Source: Acidobacteriota bacterium
GTDB taxonomy: Bacteria; Acidobacteriota; Terriglobia; Bryobacterales; Bryobacteraceae
Direction of reading: 5' to 3'
NCBI GenBank assembly: GCA_037444075.1
Contig: JBBIND010000055.1
Location: forward strand, 1-28,248
Length of the DNA: 28,248 nt
Positions 1-11,240 of the stretch are shown here, in pieces. Below the pieces are notes generated by a model. That model ran no database searches and was not told the DNA's origin. It was given only the letters and a program-made list of their open reading frames with translations. The position numbers were made by a program, and so were the translations under genes. Each line of letters starts with the position of its first letter. Positions within the stretch are counted from its first letter, which is position 1.

Positions 1-33
1 GAGGAGGGGAGGTCTGTAACTCTTTGAGTTATT

Positions 34-111
34 TGGTCGGGCCGCCGGGATTTGAACCCGGGACCTCTTGCACCCCAAGCAAGCGCGCTAGCCAGGCTGC
101 GCCACGGCCCG
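34..111 (-). tRNA. tRNA-Pro (anticodon GGG)
   Basis: Reverse complement folds as a cloverleaf: acceptor CGGGCCG/CGGCCCG, D-stem GCGC, anticodon stem CTTGC/GCAAG with loop TTGGGGT (anticodon GGG, G37), T-arm CCGGG-TTCAAAT-CCCGG, and an encoded 3' CCA. Confidence 0.8.
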
Positions 112-158
112 AAACCTTACCTATCTTACCGCACCCGGGGTCCGTCCCAAGCGGGTTC

Positions 159-566
159 TCACGGCTTGCGTTCAGCCGCCCGCAGGCGCTCCTGCGCGCG
201 GTGCATGGCGTTGAGGGCGGCGGCGATATCGAAGGGCGCGCCGCCCGCCATCATCTTCCGCTGCGCGTCCCGTAGAGCCATTCGAGCGCGTTCGAGATCG
301 ATCTCGTCGATCAACTCCGCCTCGTCCGCCAGAACACGGACATGGTCGGGCAGAACTTCCACCCATCCCCCATGCACCACTAGCCTTTGACGCCTTCCGC
401 CGACCAGGTAGGACAACTCACCTGAGCCAAGCTCAGACAGCAACGGCGTGTGTTGCGGCAAGACCCCTATGTAACCCTCGGAAGCAGGAATCTGAGCCTC
501 CGATACCGTCTCCCGCACCAGGAGCCGGTTGGGAGTGGCAATCTCGAGTTGGAAGCCTTCGGCCAT
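159..566 (-). CDS. atpC: F1 ATP synthase epsilon subunit
   Basis: 135 aa with typical epsilon beta-sandwich N-terminus (MAEGFQLEIATP...LLV..) and helical C-terminus. Lies immediately downstream of atpD in the operon. Confidence 0.85.
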   Translation of the reverse strand: MAEGFQLEIATPNRLLVRETVSEAQIPASEGYIGVLPQHTPLLSELGSGELSYLVGGRRQRLVVHGGWVEVLPDHVRVLADEAELIDEIDLERARMALRDAQRKMMAGGAPFDIAAALNAMHRAQERLRAAERKP

Positions 567-571
567 GGCTG

Positions 572-2903
<2,332 letters not shown>

Positions 2904-2919
2904 GGTTCAGCTTCCGGCA

Positions 2920-4446
2920 TCACTCGCTCTGGAGGTCGGCGACGAAGCGTGCCTTGAACTCCTTGACAGCGTCGTGCAGTTCTCCGCGCAGGGTTTCATC
3001 CAGGATCTTCTTTTCGCGAATCTGCCGGAGCAACTCCGGGTGCGCGTTGTCAAAGTACCGGTAAAGTTCGGCCTCGAACTTCCGGCAGGCCTCCACCGGC
3101 AGGTCATCCAAATACGCGTTGGTGCCGGCGAACACGATGACCACTTGCCGCTCCACGGGCAGCGGTTCGAACAGGCCCTGCTTGAGGATCTCCACCAGGC
3201 GGCGGCCACGGTTAAGCTGATTCTGCGAAGCCTTGTCGAGATCCGAGCCGAATTGCGCGAAGGCGGCCAGCTCGCGGTATTGCGCCAACTCCAAACGAAG
3301 CGTTCCAGCCACTTGCCGCATAGCGCGAATCTGGGCGCTGCCGCCCACGCGGCTGACGGAAAGGCCGACGTTGATAGCCGGCCGGATGTTCGAGTTGAAC
3401 AGGTCCGCCTCGAGGTAGATCTGTCCGTCGGTAATGGAGATGACGTTGGTCGGAATATAGGCCGAGACGTCGCCCGCCTGAGTCTCGATGAAGGGCAGGG
3501 CCGTCAGTGAGCCGCCGCCCAGCGCGTCTGAAAGCTTGGAGGCGCGTTCGAGCAGGCGGCTGTGCAGGTAGAAAACGTCACCCGGATAAGCCTCACGCCC
3601 CGGCGGCCGGCGAAGCAGCAGCGAGATTTCCCGATAGGCCGCCGCGTGCTTGGAGAGGTCGTCGTAGACGCAGACCGCGTGTCTGCCGCTGTCGCGGAAA
3701 AACTCGCCCATGGCGCAGCCGGCGTATGGGGCGAGGTATTGCATGGGGGCGGGGTCGGAAGCCGTGGCCGCAACCACGATGCTGAACTCCATGGCCCCAT
3801 GGTCTTCCAACGTCTTCACCAACTGGGCCACGGTAGACCGTTTCTGGCCGATGGCGACGTAGATGCAAATCATGTCGCCGCCCTTCTGGTTGATGATCGT
3901 ATCGAGGGCGATGGCGGTCTTGCCCGTCTGGCGGTCCCCGATCACCAACTCGCGCTGCCCGCGCCCGATCGGGATCATGGCGTCGATGGCCTTGATGCCG
4001 GTTTGCAGCGGCTCCTTCACCGGCTGACGTTCCACGACGCCGGGCGCCAATCTCTCAATCGGATTGAAGGTTTCCGTGTCGATGGGGCCCTTGCCGTCGA
4101 TCGGCTCGCCGAGCGCGTTCACCACCCGCCCCACCAGGGCTTCGCCGACGGGCACGGACATGATCCGGCCGGTCCGCTTTACCACGTCGCCTTCGCGGAT
4201 GCCAGCAAAATCGCCGAGCAGCACGGCGCCTACCTGGTCCTCTTCGAGGTTCAGGGCGATGCCCGACACGTTCCCCGGAAACTCGATCAGTTCGCCCGCC
4301 ATGACCAGTTCCAGCCCATGGATGCGGGCGATTCCGTCACCCACCGAAATCACGTATCCGACTTCGGATACGTTGACGGCGCTTTCGTAATCTTGTATTT
4401 CCTCGCGCAGGACGCGCGCGATCTCATCAGCCTGAATTCTAGCCAT
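2920..4446 (-). CDS. atpA: F1 ATP synthase alpha subunit
   Basis: 508 aa with Walker [12 protein letters not shown] and alpha-subunit-wide similarity. Confidence 0.95.
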   Translation of the reverse strand: MARIQADEIARVLREEIQDYESAVNVSEVGYVISVGDGIARIHGLELVMAGELIEFPGNVSGIALNLEEDQVGAVLLGDFAGIREGDVVKRTGRIMSVPVGEALVGRVVNALGEPIDGKGPIDTETFNPIERLAPGVVERQPVKEPLQTGIKAIDAMIPIGRGQRELVIGDRQTGKTAIALDTIINQKGGDMICIYVAIGQKRSTVAQLVKTLEDHGAMEFSIVVAATASDPAPMQYLAPYAGCAMGEFFRDSGRHAVCVYDDLSKHAAAYREISLLLRRPPGREAYPGDVFYLHSRLLERASKLSDALGGGSLTALPFIETQAGDVSAYIPTNVISITDGQIYLEADLFNSNIRPAINVGLSVSRVGGSAQIRAMRQVAGTLRLELAQYRELAAFAQFGSDLDKASQNQLNRGRRLVEILKQGLFEPLPVERQVVIVFAGTNAYLDDLPVEACRKFEAELYRYFDNAHPELLRQIREKKILDETLRGELHDAVKEFKARFVADLQSE

Positions 4447-4457
4447 TCTCTTTGTTC

Positions 4458-5003
4458 CTATTCAGCCAACCGGCGCCGCATGGCCTGCATCTGGCCGCGC
4501 ACCGAGCCGTCGTACACCTTGGACCCGAGCCTCACTTGCACGCCGCCAATCAGGTCCGCCTCAGTAGAAAACGTGCACCGCACCTGTTTGCCCGTCATGG
4601 CGGCCAAAGCGGTACGGAGTCTCTCCTTGCTGGCACCCGCCAACTCGCGCGCAGAAGTGACTTCCGCCCGCACGAACCCCAGCCGTTCGTCGAGGATCGC
4701 CTCAAATGACTGCAGGATCTCAGGCAGCAGTGTGATCCGGCGCCGGTCCAGCAAGACGAAAAGAAAATTTGTGATAGGCCCGGCCGCGTTGATCTTCTTC
4801 CCCAGGCTGGCGAGCACCGCCCGCTTCCGCTGCGGCGGCACGGCCGGGGAAAGGAGGATGGAGCGAAGTGGATCGGAAGCAGCCACCGTTTCAGCGAAGG
4901 CCACAAGTTGCTCTACGGCCAGTTCCGGCGGCACGGAAGATTTGGGGGCCAGCACGACGTCGGCCAGGGCGCGGGCGTAACGATGGGCGAGTGCGCGGGA
5001 CAT
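4458..5003 (-). CDS. atpH: F1 ATP synthase delta (OSCP) subunit
   Basis: 181 aa. N-terminus [17 protein letters not shown] is the OSCP/delta signature. Sits between atpF and atpA. Confidence 0.8.
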   Translation of the reverse strand: MSRALAHRYARALADVVLAPKSSVPPELAVEQLVAFAETVAASDPLRSILLSPAVPPQRKRAVLASLGKKINAAGPITNFLFVLLDRRRITLLPEILQSFEAILDERLGFVRAEVTSARELAGASKERLRTALAAMTGKQVRCTFSTEADLIGGVQVRLGSKVYDGSVRGQMQAMRRRLAE

Positions 5004-5009
5004 GTTCCC

Positions 5010-5564
5010 CTAGTGGGTCCCTCCCTTCGGCCTGGCTAGCTGCTCGGAGAATGCATCCACCAGGCCCGCCTCGGTCTCCGGCGTGAGGCGCGCCCGGATC
5101 CTCTCGCGAGCCATCTCCAGAGCCAGGTCAGCCGCGTGGGCGCGCAACTCCTTGCGGGCTTGTTTCAGTGCCGCGGCAATCTCCTGGTCCGCATAATCCT
5201 CCAACCTGGCGGCCATGCGGGTGGTTTCTTCTTCGATGCGAGCTCCTTCGGCCTTCATCTCAGAGGCGGCGTTGGAGCGCAGTTCTTCGATTTCGGCGCC
5301 GAGTTGCTCCATGCGGCGGTCGATCTCCGCCGCGCGAGCCATGGCCTCGCGTTGCTGGCGCTGAGCCTCGAGGATGCCCGCTTGAATCTCGGCTGTCCGC
5401 GAGCGGAAGAACTTGCCAGCCACTTTGGAAATGCCGTACCCGAGCACGACGACCAGGATGACGAAATTGATCGTCTTCCAAAGTAACGTGTTGCTGTGGT
5501 CTCCGCCGGCGGCGAAACAGGGGGAGATAGCCAGAATGCCTAGAACGGCGCTCTTCCAGTTCAC
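5010..5564 (-). CDS. atpF: Fo ATP synthase subunit b
   Basis: 184 aa with one N-terminal TM helix followed by a long charged coiled coil rich in A, E and R. Confidence 0.75.
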   Translation of the reverse strand: MNWKSAVLGILAISPCFAAGGDHSNTLLWKTINFVILVVVLGYGISKVAGKFFRSRTAEIQAGILEAQRQQREAMARAAEIDRRMEQLGAEIEELRSNAASEMKAEGARIEEETTRMAARLEDYADQEIAAALKQARKELRAHAADLALEMARERIRARLTPETEAGLVDAFSEQLARPKGGTH

Positions 5565-6010
5565 GCGCTTCCCCTCCTCAAAAGAGCCCCGGCGATTTGC
5601 TCGGCCAGCAGATCACACTCCTCGCTCAGTCTAGCGCGGGCGGCGTCCGCCTCAGCCGCTACCGAGGCGCGGGCCTGCTGTACCTTTCCCGCGGCCCTGG
5701 CGCGGACCGCTTCAACGGCCGTGGCCTGATCCTGCCTCAGTTTGCGCCGCAGTTCCTCTTGCTCGCGATAGATCTCGGCGCGGGCTTCCCGCAATGCTTG
5801 CGCGTACTGGGCTGCTTTTTCCTCGGCTCGCTCGTTGCTTTCCTCGGCCGCCTTGCGGGCGCCCTCGGTAGCCTCCCACCGGCGCCGTAATAAAAGATCT
5901 AACGGTCCGAAAAAGACACCTTTTAAATAGTAGTGAAGCAGGAGCAAAAGGATGAAGGTCGGAATGGCTTGGATCATCAAGCCGCCGAGAGCTGGCAGGA
6001 CCTGTTCCAT
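5561..6010 (-). CDS. Fo ATP synthase subunit b'
   Basis: 149 aa with an N-terminal TM helix (IPTFILLLLLHYYL) and a charged coiled coil. Overlaps atpF by 4 nt, as is typical for b'/b pairs. Confidence 0.7.
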   Translation of the reverse strand: MEQVLPALGGLMIQAIPTFILLLLLHYYLKGVFFGPLDLLLRRRWEATEGARKAAEESNERAEEKAAQYAQALREARAEIYREQEELRRKLRQDQATAVEAVRARAAGKVQQARASVAAEADAARARLSEECDLLAEQIAGALLRRGSA

Positions 6011-6207
6011 ATCGTTTGCTGGGCAGACGGTTGCTTAGCCAAAAACTGGCTGGAAGACGCCGGAAGACGACCAAAAAACCTAAGCTAGCATACGCTTGAA
6101 AGACGCCGCAAGCAGAGCGGTTGATTCACTGATTTGAAAAGAGATAACCGCTGCGAGCCCGGCTGTCGCCCCATACTGCCAGGGCCTGCGACACTCCTTC
6201 CGGAAGT

Positions 6208-6237
6208 TTGACTTGAGCGGGCGTCCCTCTGTAGACT
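6208..6237 (+). promoter_or_regulatory. Candidate sigma70-type promoter for the nfeD-flotillin operon
   Basis: TTGACT (6208-6213), 18-bp spacer, TAGACT (6232-6237), about 24 nt upstream of the GTG start at 6261, which is preceded by a GGAGAG RBS. Lies in the 250-bp divergent region between atpF' and nfeD. Confidence 0.3.
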
Positions 6238-6260
6238 GACGATGACCCGAGGAGAGCATC

Positions 6261-6803
6261 GTGCCTGAGTGGCTGAGTTCAGTCTCTGCTTTTTCAGTCT
6301 TCGTGAGTATCGCCGCGCTAGGGTTTGTGTTCCTTCTGATCACCCTGGTCTTTGGCGAGATCTTCGATTCGTTCGGCGACCACGACTTTTCGGATGCGCT
6401 GGACCATGGTCCCAGCTTCTTCAGCCCCCGCGTGCTCAGTGTCTTTATCACTGCTTTCGGGGGAACCGGCGCCGTTGCCGTGCACTATGGGGCGCGCACC
6501 GTGACTGCGTCGTTGGCCGGATTCGCCAGCGGCTTCGTGTTCGCCGGGCTTATCTACTTATTTGCCAGGATGCTGTACGGCCAGCAGGCGAGTACGGACC
6601 TGAAGCTAGCCGATTTGTTGGGCACGACCGGCCGGGTGGTGGTTGCCATCCCCGCAGGCGGCGTCGGGCAAGTGCGCTGCCGCATCGGGGAACAAGTGTT
6701 CGACCAGGTCGCCCGTTCGCGGTCCGGTGAAGCCATTGCCCAAAACATTGTTGTGCGGGTGGATGAAGTGCTCGGCGAGATCATTCTCGTCAGCCCGCAA
6801 TAG
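6261..6803 (+). CDS. NfeD-like membrane protein (short form, C-terminal OB-fold); flotillin partner
   Basis: 180 aa, GTG start. Multiple N-terminal TM helices and a C-terminal beta-rich segment (GRVVVAIPAGGVGQVRC...VLGEIILVSP). Immediately precedes an SPFH/flotillin gene, the classic nfeD-floT arrangement. Confidence 0.65.
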   Translation: MPEWLSSVSAFSVFVSIAALGFVFLLITLVFGEIFDSFGDHDFSDALDHGPSFFSPRVLSVFITAFGGTGAVAVHYGARTVTASLAGFASGFVFAGLIYLFARMLYGQQASTDLKLADLLGTTGRVVVAIPAGGVGQVRCRIGEQVFDQVARSRSGEAIAQNIVVRVDEVLGEIILVSPQ

Positions 6804-6826
6804 GAATATCAAGGAGTCATAAGCCT

Positions 6827-8371
6827 ATGTCCTCGTTGTCCCAGCTCTTGTTGCCTTTCATCATTCTGGCGGTGCTGCTGGCGGTCTTCATTGCCGCAGC
6901 GCTGTTCAGCAAGAACTACCTGAAGGTGCCTCCTAATATCGTGGCCGTGCTGAGCGGCCGGAAACGCCGGCTTGGAGCGGACCGGGCGGTCGGGTACCGC
7001 ATGGTGCGGGGCGGCGCCGCCCTGCGCATTCCCTTGCTCGAAAAGGTGGACTACCTTTCGCTGAACGTGTTCACCATCCCGCTGGAAATCCGCCGCGCCT
7101 ACACGTTTCAGGGCGTGCCGGTCTCGGTAAAAGCGGTGGCCAACGTCAAGATCCGCTCCGATGAGATGTCATTGCACGCCGCCGCCGAGCGCTTCCTGGG
7201 TATGACGCAGCTGCAAGTGCAGCAGGTGATCTTCCAGACGCTGGAAGGGCACCTGCGTTCGATCCTGGGAACCCTCACAGTGGAAGAGATCAACAACGAC
7301 CGGCAGAGCTTCGCGCAGAAGTTGACCACTGAAGCGGCCGTGGACCTGGAGAAGATGGGCATCGGCGTGGACGTGCTCACCATTCAGGAAATCAGTGACG
7401 AGGAAGACTACCTGAACGCCTTGGGCCGCCGGCGCACGGCCGAAGTCAAGCGGGACGCTTTGATTGGCGAGGCGGAAGCGCAGCGCGACGCCAAGATCAA
7501 GTCAGCGCTGGCTACGCAGGACGGCGAGCGGGCAAAATACCAGGCGGATTCGGTCATCGCCGAGGCACAAAGGGATTTCGAGATTCGCCAGGCGCAGTAT
7601 CAGGCCGAAGTGGAAACGGAAAAGGCCCGGGCCAAGCAGGCCGGGCCGCTGGCGGAGGCCCGCGCGCGGCAGGCGGTGGTGGCCGAAGAGGTCAAAGTCG
7701 AACGTACCCGCACGCAGGAGTTGATCTCGGTTCAGGAGCAGGAGGTTCAACGGCGGCAGCGGGAGCTGGAAGCCACGGTGATCAAGCCGGCCGATGCGGA
7801 CCGGGAAGCCGTGGTTGTGCGTGCCGAGGCAGCCAAGTCAGCGGCCGTACTCGACGCCGAGGGGCGCCGTTCGGTCCTGATCGCGCTGGCCGAAGCTGAG
7901 CAGGAGAAACTGCGGAAAGAAGGCCTTGGCCGCGCGGCGGCAGTGGAAGCCGAGGGACGGGCTGAAGCTGCCAAAATCGAGGCCGTAGGGCTGGCGGAAG
8001 CCAAGGCCATTGAAGCTCGTGGCATGGCGGAGGCGGCTGCCATTTTGAAAAAAGCGGAAGCCTGGAAGGAGTTCAACGAGGCCGCCAAACTGCAAACCGT
8101 CCTGGAGAAGTTGCCGGATATTCTGCAATCCAGCACGGGCATTTTCGGCGCGGTGGCCGCGCCTCTCGGCAACATTGACAAGGTTGTGGTGATCGATCAG
8201 GGCGGCGGAGGACCGGATGGAGGAGGCATATCGCGGCTGGCCAAAACCGGCCCCTCGGTGGTTTTCGGCTTGCTGCAACAAATGCAGGCGCTGGGGTTGG
8301 ATGTGCCGTCCATTCTGGAGCAACTGAAGGCTGCTAAACCCGATACGCCGTCCAAGGAGGGCACGGCATGA
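6827..8371 (+). CDS. Flotillin-like SPFH/band-7 protein (FloT/YuaG-type)
   Basis: 514 aa: N-terminal membrane anchor, SPFH domain, then a long A/E-rich coiled coil with EA-repeats (AEAEAQRDAKI..., AEAEGRAEAAKIEA...). Strong AAGGAG RBS. Confidence 0.8.
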   Translation: MSSLSQLLLPFIILAVLLAVFIAAALFSKNYLKVPPNIVAVLSGRKRRLGADRAVGYRMVRGGAALRIPLLEKVDYLSLNVFTIPLEIRRAYTFQGVPVSVKAVANVKIRSDEMSLHAAAERFLGMTQLQVQQVIFQTLEGHLRSILGTLTVEEINNDRQSFAQKLTTEAAVDLEKMGIGVDVLTIQEISDEEDYLNALGRRRTAEVKRDALIGEAEAQRDAKIKSALATQDGERAKYQADSVIAEAQRDFEIRQAQYQAEVETEKARAKQAGPLAEARARQAVVAEEVKVERTRTQELISVQEQEVQRRQRELEATVIKPADADREAVVVRAEAAKSAAVLDAEGRRSVLIALAEAEQEKLRKEGLGRAAAVEAEGRAEAAKIEAVGLAEAKAIEARGMAEAAAILKKAEAWKEFNEAAKLQTVLEKLPDILQSSTGIFGAVAAPLGNIDKVVVIDQGGGGPDGGGISRLAKTGPSVVFGLLQQMQALGLDVPSILEQLKAAKPDTPSKEGTA

Positions 8372-9276
8372 GGAGGCGAGAGTTCCTGTTCGCGCTTCCG
8401 GCCACGGCTCTGTTGGGAGCCGAACGCACCATCCTGGTTCATGAACACGTGATGGTGGACTTCGTCGGAGCGGACCAAATCGGACCCGGACGCTACGATC
8501 CCGAGGAAGTGTTTCGCGCCGCCAAGCCCAAGCTGGAGGAGGTGGCCAAACTGGGCTGCCGGCGGCTGCTGGAGTGTACGCCGAACTTTCTCGGCCGCGA
8601 TGCACGGCTGATGCAAAGGCTGAGCGACGCCGTGGGGATGGAGATCTGGATCAACACCGGGCTCTACGGCGCCGCCAATCACAAGTACTTACCGCGCTTC
8701 GCGCACGAAGAGACGGCCGGGAAACTGGCGGCTCGTTGGATTGGCGAGGCCCGAAAGGGGATCGACGGGATCATGCCTCGTTTCATCAAGACAGGCGTGA
8801 ACCGCGGGCCGCTGCATGAACTTGATCGCAAGCTCATCCGGGCGGCGGCTATCACCTCCCGCGAAACGGGACTCACCATCGCCTCGCACACGGGAAACGG
8901 AGCGGCGGCCCTGGAGCAACTGGATATTGTGGTCTCCGAGAAAGTGGCTTCTTCCAAATTCGTCTGGGTCCACGCGCAGAGTGAGAAAGACCACGCCATC
9001 CACGAGCGCGTGGCTCGAGCCGGGGCGTGGGTGGAACTGGACGGCATCAATCCGAAGTCCGCTGACTGGCACCTGGAGTGTGTGCGCTTCATGGCGGGGA
9101 AAGACCTGCTGGGCCGCACACTGATCTCACAGGATTCAGGCTGGTACCGGGTGGGTGAGCCGGGTGGTGGCAACTACCGCGGGTACACCTACATCTACAC
9201 CGACTTCCTCCCTCGCCTTGAACCGGCGTGGGTGCCGGTCCTGATGTCAGCGAACCCGGTGAAGGCCTTCGGTTAG
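8368..9276 (+). CDS. Phosphotriesterase-family (PTE/PHP-like amidohydrolase) protein with Tat signal
   Basis: 302 aa. Twin-arginine N-terminus MRRREFLFALPATALLGA. HEH metal-binding motif (ILVHEHV) near the N-terminus, as in PTE-family proteins. Start overlaps the flotillin stop (ATGA) and is preceded by AAGGAGG. Confidence 0.65.
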   Translation: MRRREFLFALPATALLGAERTILVHEHVMVDFVGADQIGPGRYDPEEVFRAAKPKLEEVAKLGCRRLLECTPNFLGRDARLMQRLSDAVGMEIWINTGLYGAANHKYLPRFAHEETAGKLAARWIGEARKGIDGIMPRFIKTGVNRGPLHELDRKLIRAAAITSRETGLTIASHTGNGAAALEQLDIVVSEKVASSKFVWVHAQSEKDHAIHERVARAGAWVELDGINPKSADWHLECVRFMAGKDLLGRTLISQDSGWYRVGEPGGGNYRGYTYIYTDFLPRLEPAWVPVLMSANPVKAFG

Positions 9277-9284
9277 CTGGCGAA

Positions 9285-9821
9285 CTACCGCAGTTTGGAT
9301 ATACTCCGGCCCGCGAGCACGATGCGCGCGCAGGCCTCGGCGTCCGAGCCCGCCTGGTGGTGGCGCAACTCAATGCCCAAACGGGCGCAGACGTTGTTCA
9401 ACTTCGCGGGGCGAATCCCGAGCACGTTCCGCGCGATTCGGACCGTACATTGGAAAGGAATCGCCGGAACAGGCAAGCCTGCGGCCTCGCAGCAAGCGCG
9501 CAGCACGGCGCTGTCAAAGCTGGCGTTGTGTGCCGCCAGAAAGTGTACGCCTCTCAGCAGGTGCTCCAACTCCGGCCAGACTTCCCGGAAGGATGGCTCA
9601 CGCCGCACCATGTCCCAGGTGATCCCATGCACGTGCGTATAGAAGAAATGAGGCCGGGGCGGGCAGATGAGGCGGTAGGCGCGTTCTGTGATCACGTTGT
9701 TCACCACGCGCACAATGCCTACCGCGCACGCACTGTCAGGTGCTTCATCCGCTGTCTCGAAATCGATGGCAACAAAGGAAGCATTTGACGGGATTGGCTG
9801 CAAACTGGGCTCGCCTTTCAT
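9285..9821 (-). CDS. DnaQ-like 3'-5' exonuclease (DEDDh family), stand-alone
   Basis: 178 aa with Exo I FVAIDFETAD, Exo II LAAHNASFD, and Exo III HQAGSDAEACARI. Confidence 0.7.
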   Translation of the reverse strand: MKGEPSLQPIPSNASFVAIDFETADEAPDSACAVGIVRVVNNVITERAYRLICPPRPHFFYTHVHGITWDMVRREPSFREVWPELEHLLRGVHFLAAHNASFDSAVLRACCEAAGLPVPAIPFQCTVRIARNVLGIRPAKLNNVCARLGIELRHHQAGSDAEACARIVLAGRSISKLR

Positions 9822-9896
9822 TCACAGTGTATCGCGGGGATTAGAGAGGGAAGAACCTGCCGGCGGAGCGTTACAGCGCCGGAAATCCCTTAGTCC

Positions 9897-10781
9897 TCAG
9901 CCCTTCAGGTCCTTGAAGGCAGCTTCGATTTCCATGCGGGCTTCGGCTGAGGCGGGCATGAGCGGGAGCCGCGGCGGACCGCCGTAGTAGCCGGTCAATT
10001 CCATGGCATACTTCAACCCGGGAATCCCGTACTTGGTCGTGACCAGGTGGGCGGCATGGCCAATCGCGGCTTGCCACTCCCGGGCGGTTTCCGTATCACG
10101 GCTGCGATGCGCTTCCCAGATAGTCACTGTTGCGTGCGGGGCAGCGTTAGCGAAGGCTAGCACGGCTCCGGCGGCGCCGACCGCGAGCGAGGGCCACAAC
10201 GTGGGCGCTGATCCCACGAGTACCTGAAAACCCATCTTCACCTCGCGAATCATCCGCATCACTTTCTCGAGGTTACCGGAGCTTTCTTTGATCGCGATCA
10301 GGTTGGGGTGTTGGCTCAACTCGGCCACCACTTCTGACTGAATGTCAACGCCGGTGGCTTGCGGCCAGTTATAGATCATGATCGGGATCTTGGACTGATC
10401 CGCCACTGCCTGGAAGTAGAGCTTCTGTGTCTCGGCTTTGGAGCAAAGGTTTTTGTAATAGTGCGGCGTCCGCACCATGGCGGCTTTGTATCCCAGGGCA
10501 GCGGCGCGGTTGGTCAGATCAACCGTTTCGCGGACGCTTTCCATGCCCGTGCCGGCGATGAGCAGCATGCCGGAGGCGGCATATTCCCCTGTCCACTCGC
10601 AGAGCTTCATCTTCTCCTCCGGCGTGAGCAAAACGCTCTCGCCCGTGGAGCCGCAGACGACATAGCCGGACAATCCCGTGAGGTTCCATTTCTCCAGGTT
10701 GTGCCTCAGCTTGGCCTTGTAGATCTCACCGTCCCGGTCAAACGGCGTGGCTATGGGCGGGAAAATGCCTTCCAGTTTCAT
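9897..10781 (-). CDS. DapA/NAL-family class I aldolase (4-hydroxy-tetrahydrodipicolinate synthase-like)
   Basis: About 294 aa from the ATG at 10781. TPF..DG N-terminus, GSTGE motif, and Schiff-base lysine context LIAIKESSG. Confidence 0.7.
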   Translation of the reverse strand: MKLEGIFPPIATPFDRDGEIYKAKLRHNLEKWNLTGLSGYVVCGSTGESVLLTPEEKMKLCEWTGEYAASGMLLIAGTGMESVRETVDLTNRAAALGYKAAMVRTPHYYKNLCSKAETQKLYFQAVADQSKIPIMIYNWPQATGVDIQSEVVAELSQHPNLIAIKESSGNLEKVMRMIREVKMGFQVLVGSAPTLWPSLAVGAAGAVLAFANAAPHATVTIWEAHRSRDTETAREWQAAIGHAAHLVTTKYGIPGLKYAMELTGYYGGPPRLPLMPASAEARMEIEAAFKDLKG

Positions 10782-10797
10782 GTGCACCGTGGGGACA

Positions 10798-10824
10798 GGC
10801 GGGCGAGGGGAACCCCCGCCCGCC
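10798..10824 (-). promoter_or_regulatory. GC-rich stem-loop between atpE stop and the aldolase gene start (possible intercistronic attenuator or RNA-stability element)
   Basis: GGCGGGC-G-AGGGG-AA-CCCC-C-GCCCGCC is a near-perfect hairpin with 7+4 bp stems. It sits in the 45-bp gap after atpE. No U-tract follows, so it is not a classical intrinsic terminator. Confidence 0.3.
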
Positions 10825-10832
10825 GGACGGAC

Positions 10833-11129
10833 CTAAACTACCTTGATGAAGACGATGACCAGCGTGTAAAGAGCCAGCGACTCAATCAACGCAAGGCCCA
10901 GAATCAGGGCAAAACGGATGGCCGGCGCGGCGCTCGGATTGCGCGCCATGCCTTCGGCGGAAGCCGCCACGGCCTTGGCCTGAGCAATGCCGCAGGCGCC
11001 CGAAGCGATGGCCATGGAGAAGCCGGAGGTGATGGCTACCCAATTGGTGGCCGAAGATCCCTCCGCCGCCATGACCGGGCTGGCACACGCCATCAGCACC
11101 AGCGCCAACAGGAACAGCTTGGTTTTCAT
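10833..11129 (-). CDS. atpE: Fo ATP synthase subunit c, with N-terminal extension
   Basis: 98 aa. C-terminal helix GLALIESLALYTLVIVF carries the conserved carboxylate E. G/A-rich helix-1 (SGACGIAQAKA). Extra ~25-aa hydrophobic signal-like N-terminus. AGGAG RBS. Confidence 0.85.
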   Translation of the reverse strand: MKTKLFLLALVLMACASPVMAAEGSSATNWVAITSGFSMAIASGACGIAQAKAVAASAEGMARNPSAAPAIRFALILGLALIESLALYTLVIVFIKVV

Positions 11130-11240
11130 AGGTTGCAGTTTCTCCTTCGTTCAGTTATCAAATCGCCCCAGGAGGTGGTTCCCGTCATCCTCTTGCAGCC
11201 GGGCTCACACTGAAGGCGGCATAAAGCCTCGATGAATGCG

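Noticed and set aside
1-160. Mobile element or integration at the tRNA-Pro gene
   Set aside because: tRNA genes are common integration sites, but no integrase, direct repeat of the tRNA 3' end, or compositional shift is visible within the window. The tRNA simply follows atpC.
6080-6451. 123-aa minus-strand ORF in the atpF'/nfeD divergent region
   Set aside because: It overlaps the nfeD start and the predicted promoter, has no RBS or conserved features, and is likely spurious.
10359-11213. 284-aa plus-strand ORF spanning the aldolase and atpE genes
   Set aside because: It is antisense to two well-supported genes and crosses their intergenic hairpin. It is an Arg/Gly-rich shadow ORF.
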